Below are positions 17,394 through 27,481 of a DNA stretch of 64,000 nt, one piece after another. Both the position numbers and the translations under genes were made by a program. The notes below the pieces were generated by a model. It ran no database searches and was not told the DNA's origin. It saw nothing but the letters and a program-made list of their open reading frames with translations. The stretch is from the NCBI GenBank assembly GCA_003233095.1, contig QIKT01000183.1, positions 8,145-72,144 of the forward strand. The letters are read 5' to 3'. Every line of letters starts with the position of its first letter. Position 1 is the first letter of the stretch. Origin of the DNA: Oceanospirillales bacterium (GTDB lineage: Bacteria; Pseudomonadota; Gammaproteobacteria; Xanthomonadales; SZUA-38).

Positions 17394-19403
17394 TCAGACC
17401 GTGATACTGGGAGGCATTGGACAATGAATGGACGCACAGATGGCGCGTATCAATTCCACCTCTTCCAAAGAGATGTTGTGATCATGGCGCACGCACTTGA
17501 GCATGCCATCAATCACGGTCGCCTTGTACATCACGTCCAGTCTATCGATTCGGTCCAACGCCTCTTCCAGAGACTTCACCCAATACTCCGGAAACTGATA
17601 AGGGATGACATTATTGGCGTAGATGTCACTGAATCCCTGATGATAGGCCGGCAGGATATCCTCAACGTCACTATGTCCCAGGCCAGCAATCACAGCCATC
17701 AGGACCGCGATATCTTTGTTGACCTGATACAACGACAATCCGGATTGTCGTCGTGCCGAACGAGCTGGATACATCGACTCGTTCAGATAGGCGGTAATCA
17801 GCTTGGAGAGGGCAAATTCGAACACCGTCACCTTGCCATCAATACGAATCAGACGCGCGATCAAGCCCAGGGTCACTTGCAGCTCACGGGCTGGACGACG
17901 CTTCAGAGTCGGGCAGGCAATTTCGATCAGAGGCAGGCGCTGCAGAGGCTTGAGCGAATCAATCTGCGGCATCAGTTCAGTGATCTGAGTGGCTCGGTAA
18001 GGTGTCATGGTTGAGCCCACCAGCTGCAACTGCTTGTCACGAGTTGATCTGTCCTGATCAATCAGTAACGCCAGGACCAGGTTGACCGCCTGATGTACCG
18101 AGTGTGCCTGTGACACCAGTGCTTCTGGCAACGAGCTAATCAACTCTTCGGCGTAATCCACATGATCCCATGTCAGCGTCCCCACGTGATCGCTATCGAT
18201 ATCAGCGTGGGACGGTGAAGGTCTCGATTCAGCGGTTTGTTGTTGCCCTGTATCAGCCACCTGGGCCACTGCAGCCATGCCGGCAGCGAGGTTTTGTTGA
18301 CCAAAGATGATGTCTGTCGGAAATCTGGATTCTTTCCGCTCCTTCTTTGGTGGTTCGGATTCAAGTGGAGGGGGGCTACTCTGCATCTGCTGTGCAATGA
18401 GTTTCAGTTCGGATGGTTGGAATGCCGGCAACACTTTCTTGATTCGCTCGATGATCGGAGGATGAGTGGAAAACATGCTGTTGAGCCCGGAAGCAAACAG
18501 CATGTGACTGACTTCCTGGGCATCCACCGCTTCCAGGGTTCCATGCTGGGAATGAGCTGCAATCTTCTTAAGTGCCCCACCAATGCCTTCTGGTTCACGG
18601 GTGAACTGGACTGCAGACGCATCGGCCAGATACTCACGCTGTCGCGAGACTGCCGACTGGATGAGACGGCCGAAGAACAGGCCAATCGACCCGATCACCA
18701 GCAACCCCACACCGACCATCACAATCCCCCCGCCATCCTTGCGGCTGGATCTGGAATATCGAATCGAAGAAATGATTTGTCGACCGACCAGAGCAATCAT
18801 GAAGATGCCGAATAGCGCACCCATCAATCGAATATTGAGGCGCATGTCACCGTTGAAGATATGGCTGAACTCGTGCGCAATCACGCCTTGAAGTTCGGCC
18901 CGGGTGAGTGTTTCCAAAGCACCACGGGAGACCGCGACAGCGGCATCACCCGGCGTATATCCCGCCGCAAAGGCATTGATGCCCGATTCCTTCTCGAGCA
19001 CATAAATCTCCGGTACAGAGACGCCAGAGGCAATCGCAATTTCTTCGACCACATTACGCAACTGTTTGCGTTTCGGGGTTGTCACGTCTCCCGGCACCAA
19101 TGTCCCACCCATGGCTCGGGCCACTGCACCGCCTCCACCAGATGCCAGCGTCGTGACCTTGTAGAGCATCGCACAGACAATGACGGCCAGAACGATCACT
19201 GACGACGTGATGATCAGCCCCATCTGATCCTTGAGCCAGTCGGGGCCGACAGGTTCATCGGTCATCTGCGAATTGCTGTAGCCAAACACGGCCAGAATCA
19301 GCAAATCCACAGCAATAATGATACACACCACTGCCAGTACAAACAGCGCTATGAGAAGTTTGGTGTGTTTTTGGGCACGATCCTGCTGCTCGAAAAAATT
19401 CAT
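17394..19403 (-). CDS. M48 family metallopeptidase (HtpX-like) with a long C-terminal TerB-like extension
   Basis: From ATG 19403 (MNFFEQQDRAQKH...). TM helices, an HEFSHIFNGD zinc motif, and an extra ~330 aa C-terminal region with DGKVTVFEFAL and ISLEEVELIRAI segments. Confidence 0.85.
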   Translation of the reverse strand: MNFFEQQDRAQKHTKLLIALFVLAVVCIIIAVDLLILAVFGYSNSQMTDEPVGPDWLKDQMGLIITSSVIVLAVIVCAMLYKVTTLASGGGGAVARAMGGTLVPGDVTTPKRKQLRNVVEEIAIASGVSVPEIYVLEKESGINAFAAGYTPGDAAVAVSRGALETLTRAELQGVIAHEFSHIFNGDMRLNIRLMGALFGIFMIALVGRQIISSIRYSRSSRKDGGGIVMVGVGLLVIGSIGLFFGRLIQSAVSRQREYLADASAVQFTREPEGIGGALKKIAAHSQHGTLEAVDAQEVSHMLFASGLNSMFSTHPPIIERIKKVLPAFQPSELKLIAQQMQSSPPPLESEPPKKERKESRFPTDIIFGQQNLAAGMAAVAQVADTGQQQTAESRPSPSHADIDSDHVGTLTWDHVDYAEELISSLPEALVSQAHSVHQAVNLVLALLIDQDRSTRDKQLQLVGSTMTPYRATQITELMPQIDSLKPLQRLPLIEIACPTLKRRPARELQVTLGLIARLIRIDGKVTVFEFALSKLITAYLNESMYPARSARRQSGLSLYQVNKDIAVLMAVIAGLGHSDVEDILPAYHQGFSDIYANNVIPYQFPEYWVKSLEEALDRIDRLDVMYKATVIDGMLKCVRHDHNISLEEVELIRAICASIHCPMPPSITV

Positions 19404-19497
19404 GGCACGGTCCCCTGCATGATTCTCAAAGCCTGCCACGCAGTGCAACAGACTGCGCGCAGGTCAATCGTTTCAGAGTGTTGCAAAGAGCCTGCAA

Positions 19498-20079
19498 TCA
19501 GAAGGACACCTCAGGGGCATCGCGACTGACGTTCTCTTCCATTTCCAGCAACTCGGCCTGATCAAAATTGAACGAGGATGCCAGCAGATTGCTTGGGAAG
19601 GTCTCGACTACGTCGTTGTAGCCGGTCACCGCATCATTGAACGCCTGCCTTGCAAAGGCGACCTTGTTTTCTGTCGAGGTCAGCTCTTCAGACAGCTGCA
19701 TCATGTTTTCATTGGCCTTCAGATCCGGATAAGACTCTGACAGGGCAAACATCCGGCCCAGAGCGCCACTGAGGCCCTGCTCGGCGTTGGCCAACTGCTT
19801 CATCGCCTCGGGATCACCGGGATTGGCCGAGGCGGTCTTCAGGCCTGAGACTGCCTGATTCCGCGCCGTGATGACCGCTTCGAGCGTCTCTTTCTCATGC
19901 TTCATGTAGCCCTTGGCTGTTTCGACCAGATTTGGAATCAGATCGTGCCTCCGAGTGAGTTGCACATCAATCTGTGCGAACGCGTTCTTGTAGCGGTTCC
20001 GCTTGGTCACCAGCGAGTTGTACAACGAGACCGCAAAGATAATTGCGACGATGATCAAACCTAGAAAAATCCATTCCAT
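19498..20079 (-). CDS. lemA: LemA family protein
   Basis: GAGGAG 7 nt upstream of ATG 20079 (MEWIFLGLIIVAIIF...). Single N-terminal TM helix plus the LemA helical domain. Immediately upstream of the M48 gene. Confidence 0.9.
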   Translation of the reverse strand: MEWIFLGLIIVAIIFAVSLYNSLVTKRNRYKNAFAQIDVQLTRRHDLIPNLVETAKGYMKHEKETLEAVITARNQAVSGLKTASANPGDPEAMKQLANAEQGLSGALGRMFALSESYPDLKANENMMQLSEELTSTENKVAFARQAFNDAVTGYNDVVETFPSNLLASSFNFDQAELLEMEENVSRDAPEVSF

Positions 20080-20166
20080 TGATTCACTCCTCAAACGATG
20101 TAGGACAGTCGTTCAGACTACCTGAAGCGGGGCGAGTCGTCATGTGGCATTCGCCCCGGTCTGACC

Positions 20167-21078
20167 TCAGTGACTGCGTGGCTTGTCAGCCATTTGCTCG
20201 GGACTGTTAAAGATGAAAGTCACAATCTGATCGGCCTTGATAAACGCCTGGCCGTTCTTCTCATCCAGTGCCGCAGTCGGTTTGATCGCGATGGTCTCCT
20301 CCAGCGATTTACCCTGTGCCTTCAGTGCCAACACCGAATCGCGGAGCGTGACAAGCAGGTCACGATAGGCGATCAGTCCAGCGCGATCGGTCAATGGACC
20401 GTGACCTGGTATGACCTTGGTGGTGTCATTTGCCAGCATCAAGCCCTTGTTGACCGCATCAATCAGGCCATGAATTCCGCCACCGCTATCCACATCAATA
20501 AACGGGTAACCAATATTGAAAAAGACATCGCCCATATGCAGCACATTGGCCTTGCTGAAATGAATGATGGCATCACCGTCGGTATGTGCATGCGGCGTGT
20601 GAATGGCGCTGACATCATCACCATTGAGCCTGAGTGTGACCCGATCGTTGAAGGTCAGCACCGGCAGTGCCGCATCAGGTGCCGCGGGTACTTCGCGACC
20701 AAAGAACGCCATGACCTGATCGGTACTCATGCGCTGATGCACGTTGTCATGGGCCACGATCACAGCGCCACTGTTGCCGAAATTCTCATTGCCGCCAGTA
20801 TGATCACCATGCCAATGCGTGTTGATGACAAAGCGAATCTCACCGTCGGTCAGTTCCTTCACTGCTGCCATGATCTTATCGCTCAGCGGTGCGTACTGAT
20901 CATCAATCAGAAACGCGCCATCCTCACCGAAAGACAATCCGATATTACCGCCGCTCCCCTGCAACATGTATATGCCTTCGGCGACCTGTTCGGAACGAAT
21001 GGTCACGCTGGAGAAGTCCTGTTGCGCCTGCGCGACACCTGTCAGCAGCAGACTGCCTGCGATCAATGATTTGAGCAT
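20167..21078 (-). CDS. MBL-fold metallo-hydrolase, secreted
   Basis: Signal peptide MLKSLIAGSLLLTGVAQA. HWHGDHTGG motif. The track ORF has a 41-codon upstream extension that I do not accept. Confidence 0.85.
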   Translation of the reverse strand: MLKSLIAGSLLLTGVAQAQQDFSSVTIRSEQVAEGIYMLQGSGGNIGLSFGEDGAFLIDDQYAPLSDKIMAAVKELTDGEIRFVINTHWHGDHTGGNENFGNSGAVIVAHDNVHQRMSTDQVMAFFGREVPAAPDAALPVLTFNDRVTLRLNGDDVSAIHTPHAHTDGDAIIHFSKANVLHMGDVFFNIGYPFIDVDSGGGIHGLIDAVNKGLMLANDTTKVIPGHGPLTDRAGLIAYRDLLVTLRDSVLALKAQGKSLEETIAIKPTAALDEKNGQAFIKADQIVTFIFNSPEQMADKPRSH

Positions 21079-21199
21079 GGTGATTCTCTCATCCGGATTA
21101 ATAACCAGCGCGAATGATACCACGAGCGACCGTGAATCGATTTGGCAATCTTCCTGGAGACACCGCATAATGGCTGCTGATCCTGTAGAGGCTGTACCC

Positions 21200-22516
21200 A
21201 TGTCCGATACTCATCCGCTCGGTTCCAAACTGACTATTCAGATCGTCATCGCAATGTTCGCCGGACTGGTCGTGGGAACGATGATTCAGTATTTGTCGTC
21301 TGACCAAGGCTTTCTGCAAACGACGGTGGTCGCAGAATTTCTGAAAACCATCGGCACGATGTTTATCAGTCTTCTGAAAATGCTGATGGTACCGGTCGTG
21401 CTGGTCACTCTGGTCTGCGGTACTGCCTCGCTGACCGAACCGTCCAAACTGGGACGAATCGGCGGCAAGACCATCCTCCTGTATCTGGGCACTACCGGTA
21501 TCGCCATTACCCTGGCACTGTTCTTTGCCACACTTTTTTCAGTAGGTGTCGGGGTGGAAGCACCCATGGAAGCATTCGACCCCAAGGTCGGCAAGTCGAT
21601 CAGCGAAGTCTTTGCCGCCATGATCCCCTCCAACCCGGTCAAGGCCATGGCCGAAGGTGAAATGCTGCCGCTGATCATCTTTGCCATCCTGATTGGTCTG
21701 TCGATCACCTTCAGCGGACGCAGGGGCGAAACAGTTCGAAATCTGTTCGAATCGATGAACGCGGTGGTCATGCAGTTGGTCATCCTGGTCATGCGCATTG
21801 CCCCGATCGGCATTTTCGCGCTGATGGCTGTGCTGGCGGCAACCCTGGGCTTCGACAAGATCAAGAGCGTTGGCGAGTACTTTCTGACCGTGGTTCTGGT
21901 CCTGGTCATTCACGGCGCGGTCGTTTATCCAACCTTGCTGAAGACCCTCACCGGGCTGAGCCCGATGATCTTTTTCAGCAAAATGCGAACTGCAATGACC
22001 TTCGCCTTCACCACCTCCTCGTCGAATGCAACGCTGCCTGTGACGCTTCGGACAGTCGAAAAACGCCTGGGTGCGGGCAACTCAACCTCGTCCTTTACCG
22101 TCCCTCTGGGCGCCACTATCAACATGGATGGCACCGCCATCATGCAGGGCGTGGCCACGGTATTCATTGCCAATTTTTACGGGCACGATCTGACTATTGT
22201 TCAGCTCGCCACCGTAGCCCTGATGGCTGTGCTGGCATCCATCGGCGCTGCTGGCGTTCCAAGTGTGGGTCTGGTGCTGCTCGGCACCGTATTGGCGCAG
22301 GTCGGACTACCCATCGAAGGCATTGGCCTGATCATCGGTGTCGACCGTCTGCTTGACATGCTGCGAACGGTGGTGAACATCACAGGAGATGCTACCGTCA
22401 CCTGCATCGTAGCCAAGAGCGAGGGCGACCTGGATATTGAGGTGTTCAACGATCCAGAAGCCGGAACTGTAGACAATCCGGAGCCGGACGATGATCCGCG
22501 CCCCGCGACCGGCTGA
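21200..22516 (+). CDS. Dicarboxylate/amino acid:cation symporter (DAACS, GltP-like)
   Basis: Polytopic ORF with DAACS motifs (SSSNATLPVTL, VPLGATINMDGTA, DRLLDMLRTVVNITGD). Start taken at ATG 21200. Confidence 0.9.
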   Translation: MSDTHPLGSKLTIQIVIAMFAGLVVGTMIQYLSSDQGFLQTTVVAEFLKTIGTMFISLLKMLMVPVVLVTLVCGTASLTEPSKLGRIGGKTILLYLGTTGIAITLALFFATLFSVGVGVEAPMEAFDPKVGKSISEVFAAMIPSNPVKAMAEGEMLPLIIFAILIGLSITFSGRRGETVRNLFESMNAVVMQLVILVMRIAPIGIFALMAVLAATLGFDKIKSVGEYFLTVVLVLVIHGAVVYPTLLKTLTGLSPMIFFSKMRTAMTFAFTTSSSNATLPVTLRTVEKRLGAGNSTSSFTVPLGATINMDGTAIMQGVATVFIANFYGHDLTIVQLATVALMAVLASIGAAGVPSVGLVLLGTVLAQVGLPIEGIGLIIGVDRLLDMLRTVVNITGDATVTCIVAKSEGDLDIEVFNDPEAGTVDNPEPDDDPRPATG

Positions 22517-22545
22517 TCACGGTAGCGTAATCATTGACAGGGTGG

Positions 22546-23133
22546 TCAGTTGGCCGTGGAGGCTGAACCTCGGCTGAAACTCAGATCAAATTCCACAAAG
22601 ACCTCGTGACCAATCAATGAAGGGTCTGCCCAGTCACCTTCGCCAATTGCAAAGTCGGACCGATCGACCTCGGCATCACCGGTCATTCTGGCGCGCCCTG
22701 TGACAGACAAGTCGCCGCCTGCTTGTTGCTCCCATCCAAAGTCGATTCGAACCGGCTGAGTAATGCCTTTCAGCGTCAGGCTTCCTGTTGCGGCCCACCC
22801 GCCTGTTGATAGCAACTCAAAACCGGTCGCCTGATAGATCGCCTCGGGATGCTCACTGAAACTGAACCACTCGTCTGTGGCCAGCGTCTCATCACGCTCT
22901 TCATTGTCAGTGTTGATCGATGTGGCATCGATGGTCACGGTCAGAGATGCCGAGCCAAGGTCATCAGGGTCTAACAGCAGAGCGACATCAAACTCATCGA
23001 ACCGACCACTGAAGCCGCCGCCATCGTAGTTGGCGGTGAAGGTCAGAGTGCTGGCTTCTGACTGCATGTTCCAGGCGAAAGGATGATCGGCGACATAGGC
23101 TGAAAACAGCATCATGGCAAGGACTGGACTCAT
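22546..23133 (-). CDS. YceI family periplasmic protein
   Basis: 195-aa YceI-like lipocalin fold. Its start overlaps the cytochrome b561 stop by 4 nt. Confidence 0.85.
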   Translation of the reverse strand: MSPVLAMMLFSAYVADHPFAWNMQSEASTLTFTANYDGGGFSGRFDEFDVALLLDPDDLGSASLTVTIDATSINTDNEERDETLATDEWFSFSEHPEAIYQATGFELLSTGGWAATGSLTLKGITQPVRIDFGWEQQAGGDLSVTGRARMTGDAEVDRSDFAIGEGDWADPSLIGHEVFVEFDLSFSRGSASTAN

Positions 23134-23702
23134 GCGTGTGGCTCCTGGAATGAGGTGGGGGATCGTGACGACAGCATGCGTCTGAGCGTCGCATCCTTTC
23201 GAATAAAGTGGTGGTGCAAGGCAGCAGCAACATGAATGACAATCAGCCCAATGAACACCCAGGCAGTCACTTCATGAACCAGCATGGCATCTGACTTCAT
23301 TGCTGAGACCGCAGCAAACGGGTCCGGAATCTGAAACAGACCAAACCAGGACATCGGAACATTGGCTGCCGAATTGACCACCCAGCCGCTGACTGGCATC
23401 ACGACCATGCACAGATACAGCAATTCGTGAGTGAACCGCGCAGACCACTGCTGCCATCGAGGCATCTGATCGTCTGCCGCCGGTCGCGTTGACAGCAGAC
23501 GCCACAACAGTCGCAGTAACACCAGGGCCAGCAGGGTGATCCCAATCGACTTGTGCACCATCAGTGCCCGCAGCTTGTCAGGCGACAGGCTCATCGAGCC
23601 CACCCACTTGCCAAATGTCAGGTTGCCAATAATGCCTATCGCCATCAGCCAGTGAAGGTATCTGGTCAGCAGATGCCAATGAGACGACGCGGTCTTGATC
23701 AT
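23130..23702 (-). CDS. Cytochrome b561 family protein
   Basis: 190 aa with four TM helices and conserved His residues (LHWLMAIGI..., MVHKSIGIT..., HEVTAWVFIGLIVIHVAAALHHH). Confidence 0.85.
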   Translation of the reverse strand: MIKTASSHWHLLTRYLHWLMAIGIIGNLTFGKWVGSMSLSPDKLRALMVHKSIGITLLALVLLRLLWRLLSTRPAADDQMPRWQQWSARFTHELLYLCMVVMPVSGWVVNSAANVPMSWFGLFQIPDPFAAVSAMKSDAMLVHEVTAWVFIGLIVIHVAAALHHHFIRKDATLRRMLSSRSPTSFQEPHA

Positions 23703-24281
23703 CTACTCGACCATTCGCACCACTTCGGTACTGATTCGAATTTCGACTTCGTCCGAGACTGCTGGCAGATACGCGCTGACGCCGAAGTCGGAGCGATTGA
23801 TCGTGGTGACGGCGCTGAACCCGGCAATGTAATCACTCTTGAATGGGTGCTTACCGATCTTGTTGATCGTCACATCCAGCGTCACAGATCGGGTGACTCC
23901 ACGGATGCTCAAATCTCCCATGACCATTAGACGATCTGCCGTCGTACCCACCGTCACTTCTGTACTGGCAAACCTGATATCCGGAAACTGATCGGCGAAC
24001 AGAAACTCTTCCTGTCGCACATGTTCTTCTTTGGGCTCGTGATTCATGTCCAGTGAGGTGACCGGGATTCGGACATTGACCGTTGAGTTTTCAGGTGCAT
24101 TCTCGTCGTAGGTCATCGATCCCTCGAAGGCATTGAAGCGTCCAAGTGTGGTGGAAAAGCCCAGATGATCAATGGTGAACCAGATCTCGGTGTGCGAATC
24201 ATCGAACGTATACTTGGCAGACTCAGCCATCACTGATGCGCCGGGAAGGCACAGAGCCAAAAACAGGGGTAGTCCTTTCAT
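23703..24281 (-). CDS. YceI family periplasmic protein
   Basis: 192 aa with signal peptide MKGLPLFLALCLPGASVMA and a YceI-like domain. Directly abuts cytochrome b561. Confidence 0.85.
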   Translation of the reverse strand: MKGLPLFLALCLPGASVMAESAKYTFDDSHTEIWFTIDHLGFSTTLGRFNAFEGSMTYDENAPENSTVNVRIPVTSLDMNHEPKEEHVRQEEFLFADQFPDIRFASTEVTVGTTADRLMVMGDLSIRGVTRSVTLDVTINKIGKHPFKSDYIAGFSAVTTINRSDFGVSAYLPAVSDEVEIRISTEVVRMVE

Positions 24282-24370
24282 TTGAAATCCTCATAGGTTG
24301 GATACGCGGTACAATGACCATACTGTCCACTGATCAACGTCGCGTCAACACACGTGCGGGTCTGCCATTC

Positions 24371-25276
24371 ATGAATCATCGTCTGCCTTCACTAAATCTT
24401 CTGCAATCATTCGAGCGAGCAGCCCATCACCGCAGCTTCAAGCTGGCCGCCGAAGAATTGCATGTCACCCCGTCTGCAATCAGCCACCAGATTCGCAAAC
24501 TCGAAGATGAGCTGGGCATCGCCCTGTTCGAACGTCTGACCCGCGAAATACGACTGACGCCAGCCGGAAGAGACTACTTTCAGGAAATTCATCGGGTCTT
24601 CGCACGGTTGAAGACCGGCACCGAACGGCTGCATGACAAGTTTGGCCAGAAACGACTGCGACTGCATGTCACTCCGTTCTTTGCCAGTGAACTGCTCGTA
24701 CCGCTGCTACCCGACTATCAGGCACTGCATCCCGATACTGCCCTGAACCTGGAATCGTCGTTCGGGCGCAGCTATGCACATCCCGAGGACGTGGATGTCT
24801 CGATCATGTTCGGACGAGGCTCCTGGCCCTGCCTGCATTCTCGAAGACTGATGACCTTGAGAATGGCCGTAGTCTGTTCTGAAACGTTGGCCAGCAGCAT
24901 TCGACCGGGACACTATGAAGACGTCTATCTGCACCCGTTGATCGACTTTGCCTTCAAACAAAACATCTGGCAAGACTGGGCTCGTATCAAGCAGATCGCG
25001 CCACCGGCCGCCAAACAGCAGTTGACGCTCGACAGCATGCATTCAGCCCTGATGGCCGCAGAGCGCGGCCAGGGCATCACCATGGCACCGATGCCGATCG
25101 CAGCCAACTGGATCGAACGTAGCTCACTCATCAACCTGTTTGAAGAAACGGTTGAAGCGGTTGATCATTTCTATGTTGTCACCCGCCAGGACGATCGATT
25201 GCGTCCGAAAATAAAGGGCTTCATCGATTGGCTATACTCCGTGATCGAAGACCCCTACTCCGTTCAATTACAATAA
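24371..25276 (+). CDS. LysR family transcriptional regulator (GcvA-like)
   Basis: From ATG 24371. HTH region LPSLNLLQSFERAAHHRSFKLAAEELHVTPSAISHQIRKLE. Divergent from the YceI operon. Confidence 0.85.
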   Translation: MNHRLPSLNLLQSFERAAHHRSFKLAAEELHVTPSAISHQIRKLEDELGIALFERLTREIRLTPAGRDYFQEIHRVFARLKTGTERLHDKFGQKRLRLHVTPFFASELLVPLLPDYQALHPDTALNLESSFGRSYAHPEDVDVSIMFGRGSWPCLHSRRLMTLRMAVVCSETLASSIRPGHYEDVYLHPLIDFAFKQNIWQDWARIKQIAPPAAKQQLTLDSMHSALMAAERGQGITMAPMPIAANWIERSSLINLFEETVEAVDHFYVVTRQDDRLRPKIKGFIDWLYSVIEDPYSVQLQ

Positions 25277-25554
25277 CAGATGAGTAATATTCACCTGTAG
25301 ATTCGCAATTATCGTTTGTCACCAAGCGGCCACATGCCTATCATGCAATCGTTCCGGAACACTTCCCACCCAGAAGATCCGTCAGATAAAAGAATTCATA
25401 GACTGGCAGTTCCGGCACACACAAACTGGTTGTATTCAAAGCGTATCCGGCACCTCTCCCCCTCCCTCATCGCCTGATACGCTTTATTTTTGCCTGCGAT
25501 TTCTGCTCCATAGAGGCAGAAGCCGGGCGATAGGTGCCCGACTTCGACCTTTTC

Positions 25555-26406
25555 CTAAGGAGCCTTTTTAACTGGCTCGCCGTCTTCCGGCACGCCAGGC
25601 TGTGCAATGTGGACGTCCATCTGTGGATACGGGATGGAAATATTTGCCTCATCCAGAGCCAGCTTGACCTGTTCGCGCAGGTCGCAGAAAGTTCCAAAAT
25701 ACTCAGCTGTCTCACACCAGGGTCTGGCGGCAATATTGACACTGCTATCGCCCAGCTCGAGGACACCATAGAAAGGCTCCGGGTCGCTCAGGACTTTGTC
25801 ATGAGCTTCGACCACGCGCTGGATGATCTGCTTGGCTTCACCAATGTTGTCGTCATAGCCAATCCCGATGACCAGATCAATCCGCCGTGTGTCGTTGGCC
25901 GAGTAGTTGGTAATCGGAGAAGAGATAATGTCGCCATTGGCCACAATGATCTTGCGATTGTCCGGTGTGCGCATCCAGGTATTGAAAATAGTGATCTGCA
26001 GTACCGTTCCTGCCACCCCGGCAGCCTCCACAAAATCCCCCTTGTCGAAGGGCCTGAAGATGATCATCATCACGCCCGCTGCAAAGTTCTTCAGAGAATC
26101 CTGCAATGCCAGGCCAATTGCCAGACCGGCGGCGCCCAACAAGGCCACCAGTGACGTCGTATTGATGCCCAGGCGACTCAAGGCTGCGACCACCACAATC
26201 AGCAACAACAGTGCGCTCAAAATTGAGGTCAGGAAACTGATCAGAATTTCATCCATATCGGCCCGATTCATGGCCTTTCGCAGCAGGCGAATCATGATCG
26301 AAGCGACCCATCGGCCAATGATGTAAATGGCGGCAGCCTGAAGCAGGCGAATCGACCAGGGCATCAGATACAGACTGATAATCTCTTGGATATCCGGAAA
26401 TTCCAT
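25555..26406 (-). CDS. Mechanosensitive ion channel (MscS family)
   Basis: From ATG 26406. Three TM helices plus an MscS beta-domain (GDFVEAAGVAGTVLQITIFNTWMRTPDNRKIIVANG). Confidence 0.85.
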   Translation of the reverse strand: MEFPDIQEIISLYLMPWSIRLLQAAAIYIIGRWVASIMIRLLRKAMNRADMDEILISFLTSILSALLLLIVVVAALSRLGINTTSLVALLGAAGLAIGLALQDSLKNFAAGVMMIIFRPFDKGDFVEAAGVAGTVLQITIFNTWMRTPDNRKIIVANGDIISSPITNYSANDTRRIDLVIGIGYDDNIGEAKQIIQRVVEAHDKVLSDPEPFYGVLELGDSSVNIAARPWCETAEYFGTFCDLREQVKLALDEANISIPYPQMDVHIAQPGVPEDGEPVKKAP

Positions 26407-26501
26407 ATTTGTAACCTCTGTTGTTTTATACTGTACAGCAGTCACATGCCGCTTTGCGACTCCATCAGCCAGCAGCATTCAAACGACAGGACTAACCGCG
26501 A

Positions 26502-27440
26502 ATGCGGCAGCCCTCAACCGCCGAGCAATACGGCACACTTCAGGATATCGACATGACTGAGAAGAATGGCCATCATCCTCAAAGCGTGGCAACAGATCAA
26601 GCCCAGTGGCAACACTATGATCACGCCCGTCAGAGCCTTCAGGCTGGCCAGGCCGATCAGGCGCTGGCCTCGGTGAATGAAGCCTTGTCCATTGACCCGA
26701 ATTTTTCCCCAGCGCTCGAACTGGCTGGCGTTCTGGCATGTCAGCAACAGGATTTCGAGACCGGAATTTCGCACTTCAAAACGCTGACCAGCGCCGAGCC
26801 CGAATCGGCGCCTGCCTGGTTCAACCTGGGTAACGCACTGGCCAGCTCCGGCGATGAAGCGGCGGCTATCGAGCCTTTGCGCAAAGCAGTTGAATTGAAG
26901 CCTGATTACTACAAACCTGCCGTCATTCTTGCTCAGGCGCTATACGCCACCGGCGAGCATTCCGAAGCAATAGACCAGCTCGAACATGTGATTCATCATG
27001 ACCCGGACAATGTCATGGCATTGAATACGCTGTCGACGCTACTGGCTCGATTGGAAAACTTCGAGGCCGCCATCCCGCATATCCAACATGCTGCAAGCCT
27101 GCAACCACGGGTGACCGAACTGCAGGCCAATCTCGGTATGATTCAGCTTCGCGCCGGCAATATTATGCCTGCCCAGGAGGCGTTTCTGACCGCGCTGTCA
27201 ATCAATCACCGCGATATCGAATCCCGGTTCGGACTCGGTGCTATTGCTCGACTGAAGACACACCATGGTGAAGCCGCCGACCATTTTCGAAAGGTCATTA
27301 AGTGGGCTCCAAACCACCTCTCGGCGATGCACAACCTGATCGAATGCCTGCGAGAAAGCGGCAGTGCTCAGGAAGCGGATCAATATCTGACTCAAGCACG
27401 CCAGCAGTGGCCCGACGATGATCGACTTGCCCGTCTGTAA
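26502..27440 (+). CDS. Tetratricopeptide-repeat protein
   Basis: Multiple TPR units (e.g. AWFNLGNALASSGDEAAAIEPLRKAVELKPDY). The start is uncertain; ATG 26553 is an alternative. Confidence 0.7.
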   Translation: MRQPSTAEQYGTLQDIDMTEKNGHHPQSVATDQAQWQHYDHARQSLQAGQADQALASVNEALSIDPNFSPALELAGVLACQQQDFETGISHFKTLTSAEPESAPAWFNLGNALASSGDEAAAIEPLRKAVELKPDYYKPAVILAQALYATGEHSEAIDQLEHVIHHDPDNVMALNTLSTLLARLENFEAAIPHIQHAASLQPRVTELQANLGMIQLRAGNIMPAQEAFLTALSINHRDIESRFGLGAIARLKTHHGEAADHFRKVIKWAPNHLSAMHNLIECLRESGSAQEADQYLTQARQQWPDDDRLARL

Positions 27441-27481
27441 ACCGACTCTACCCATCAATGCATCGAACACAGGATGACGTC

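Noticed and set aside
25277-25554. Possible small gene or terminator in the LysR/MscS convergent spacer (49-codon ATG ORF; short hairpins such as TTCTGC...GCAGAA)
   Set aside because: The ORF has no ribosome-binding site and no protein-like composition. The hairpins are short (5-7 bp) and lack a following U-tract on either strand.
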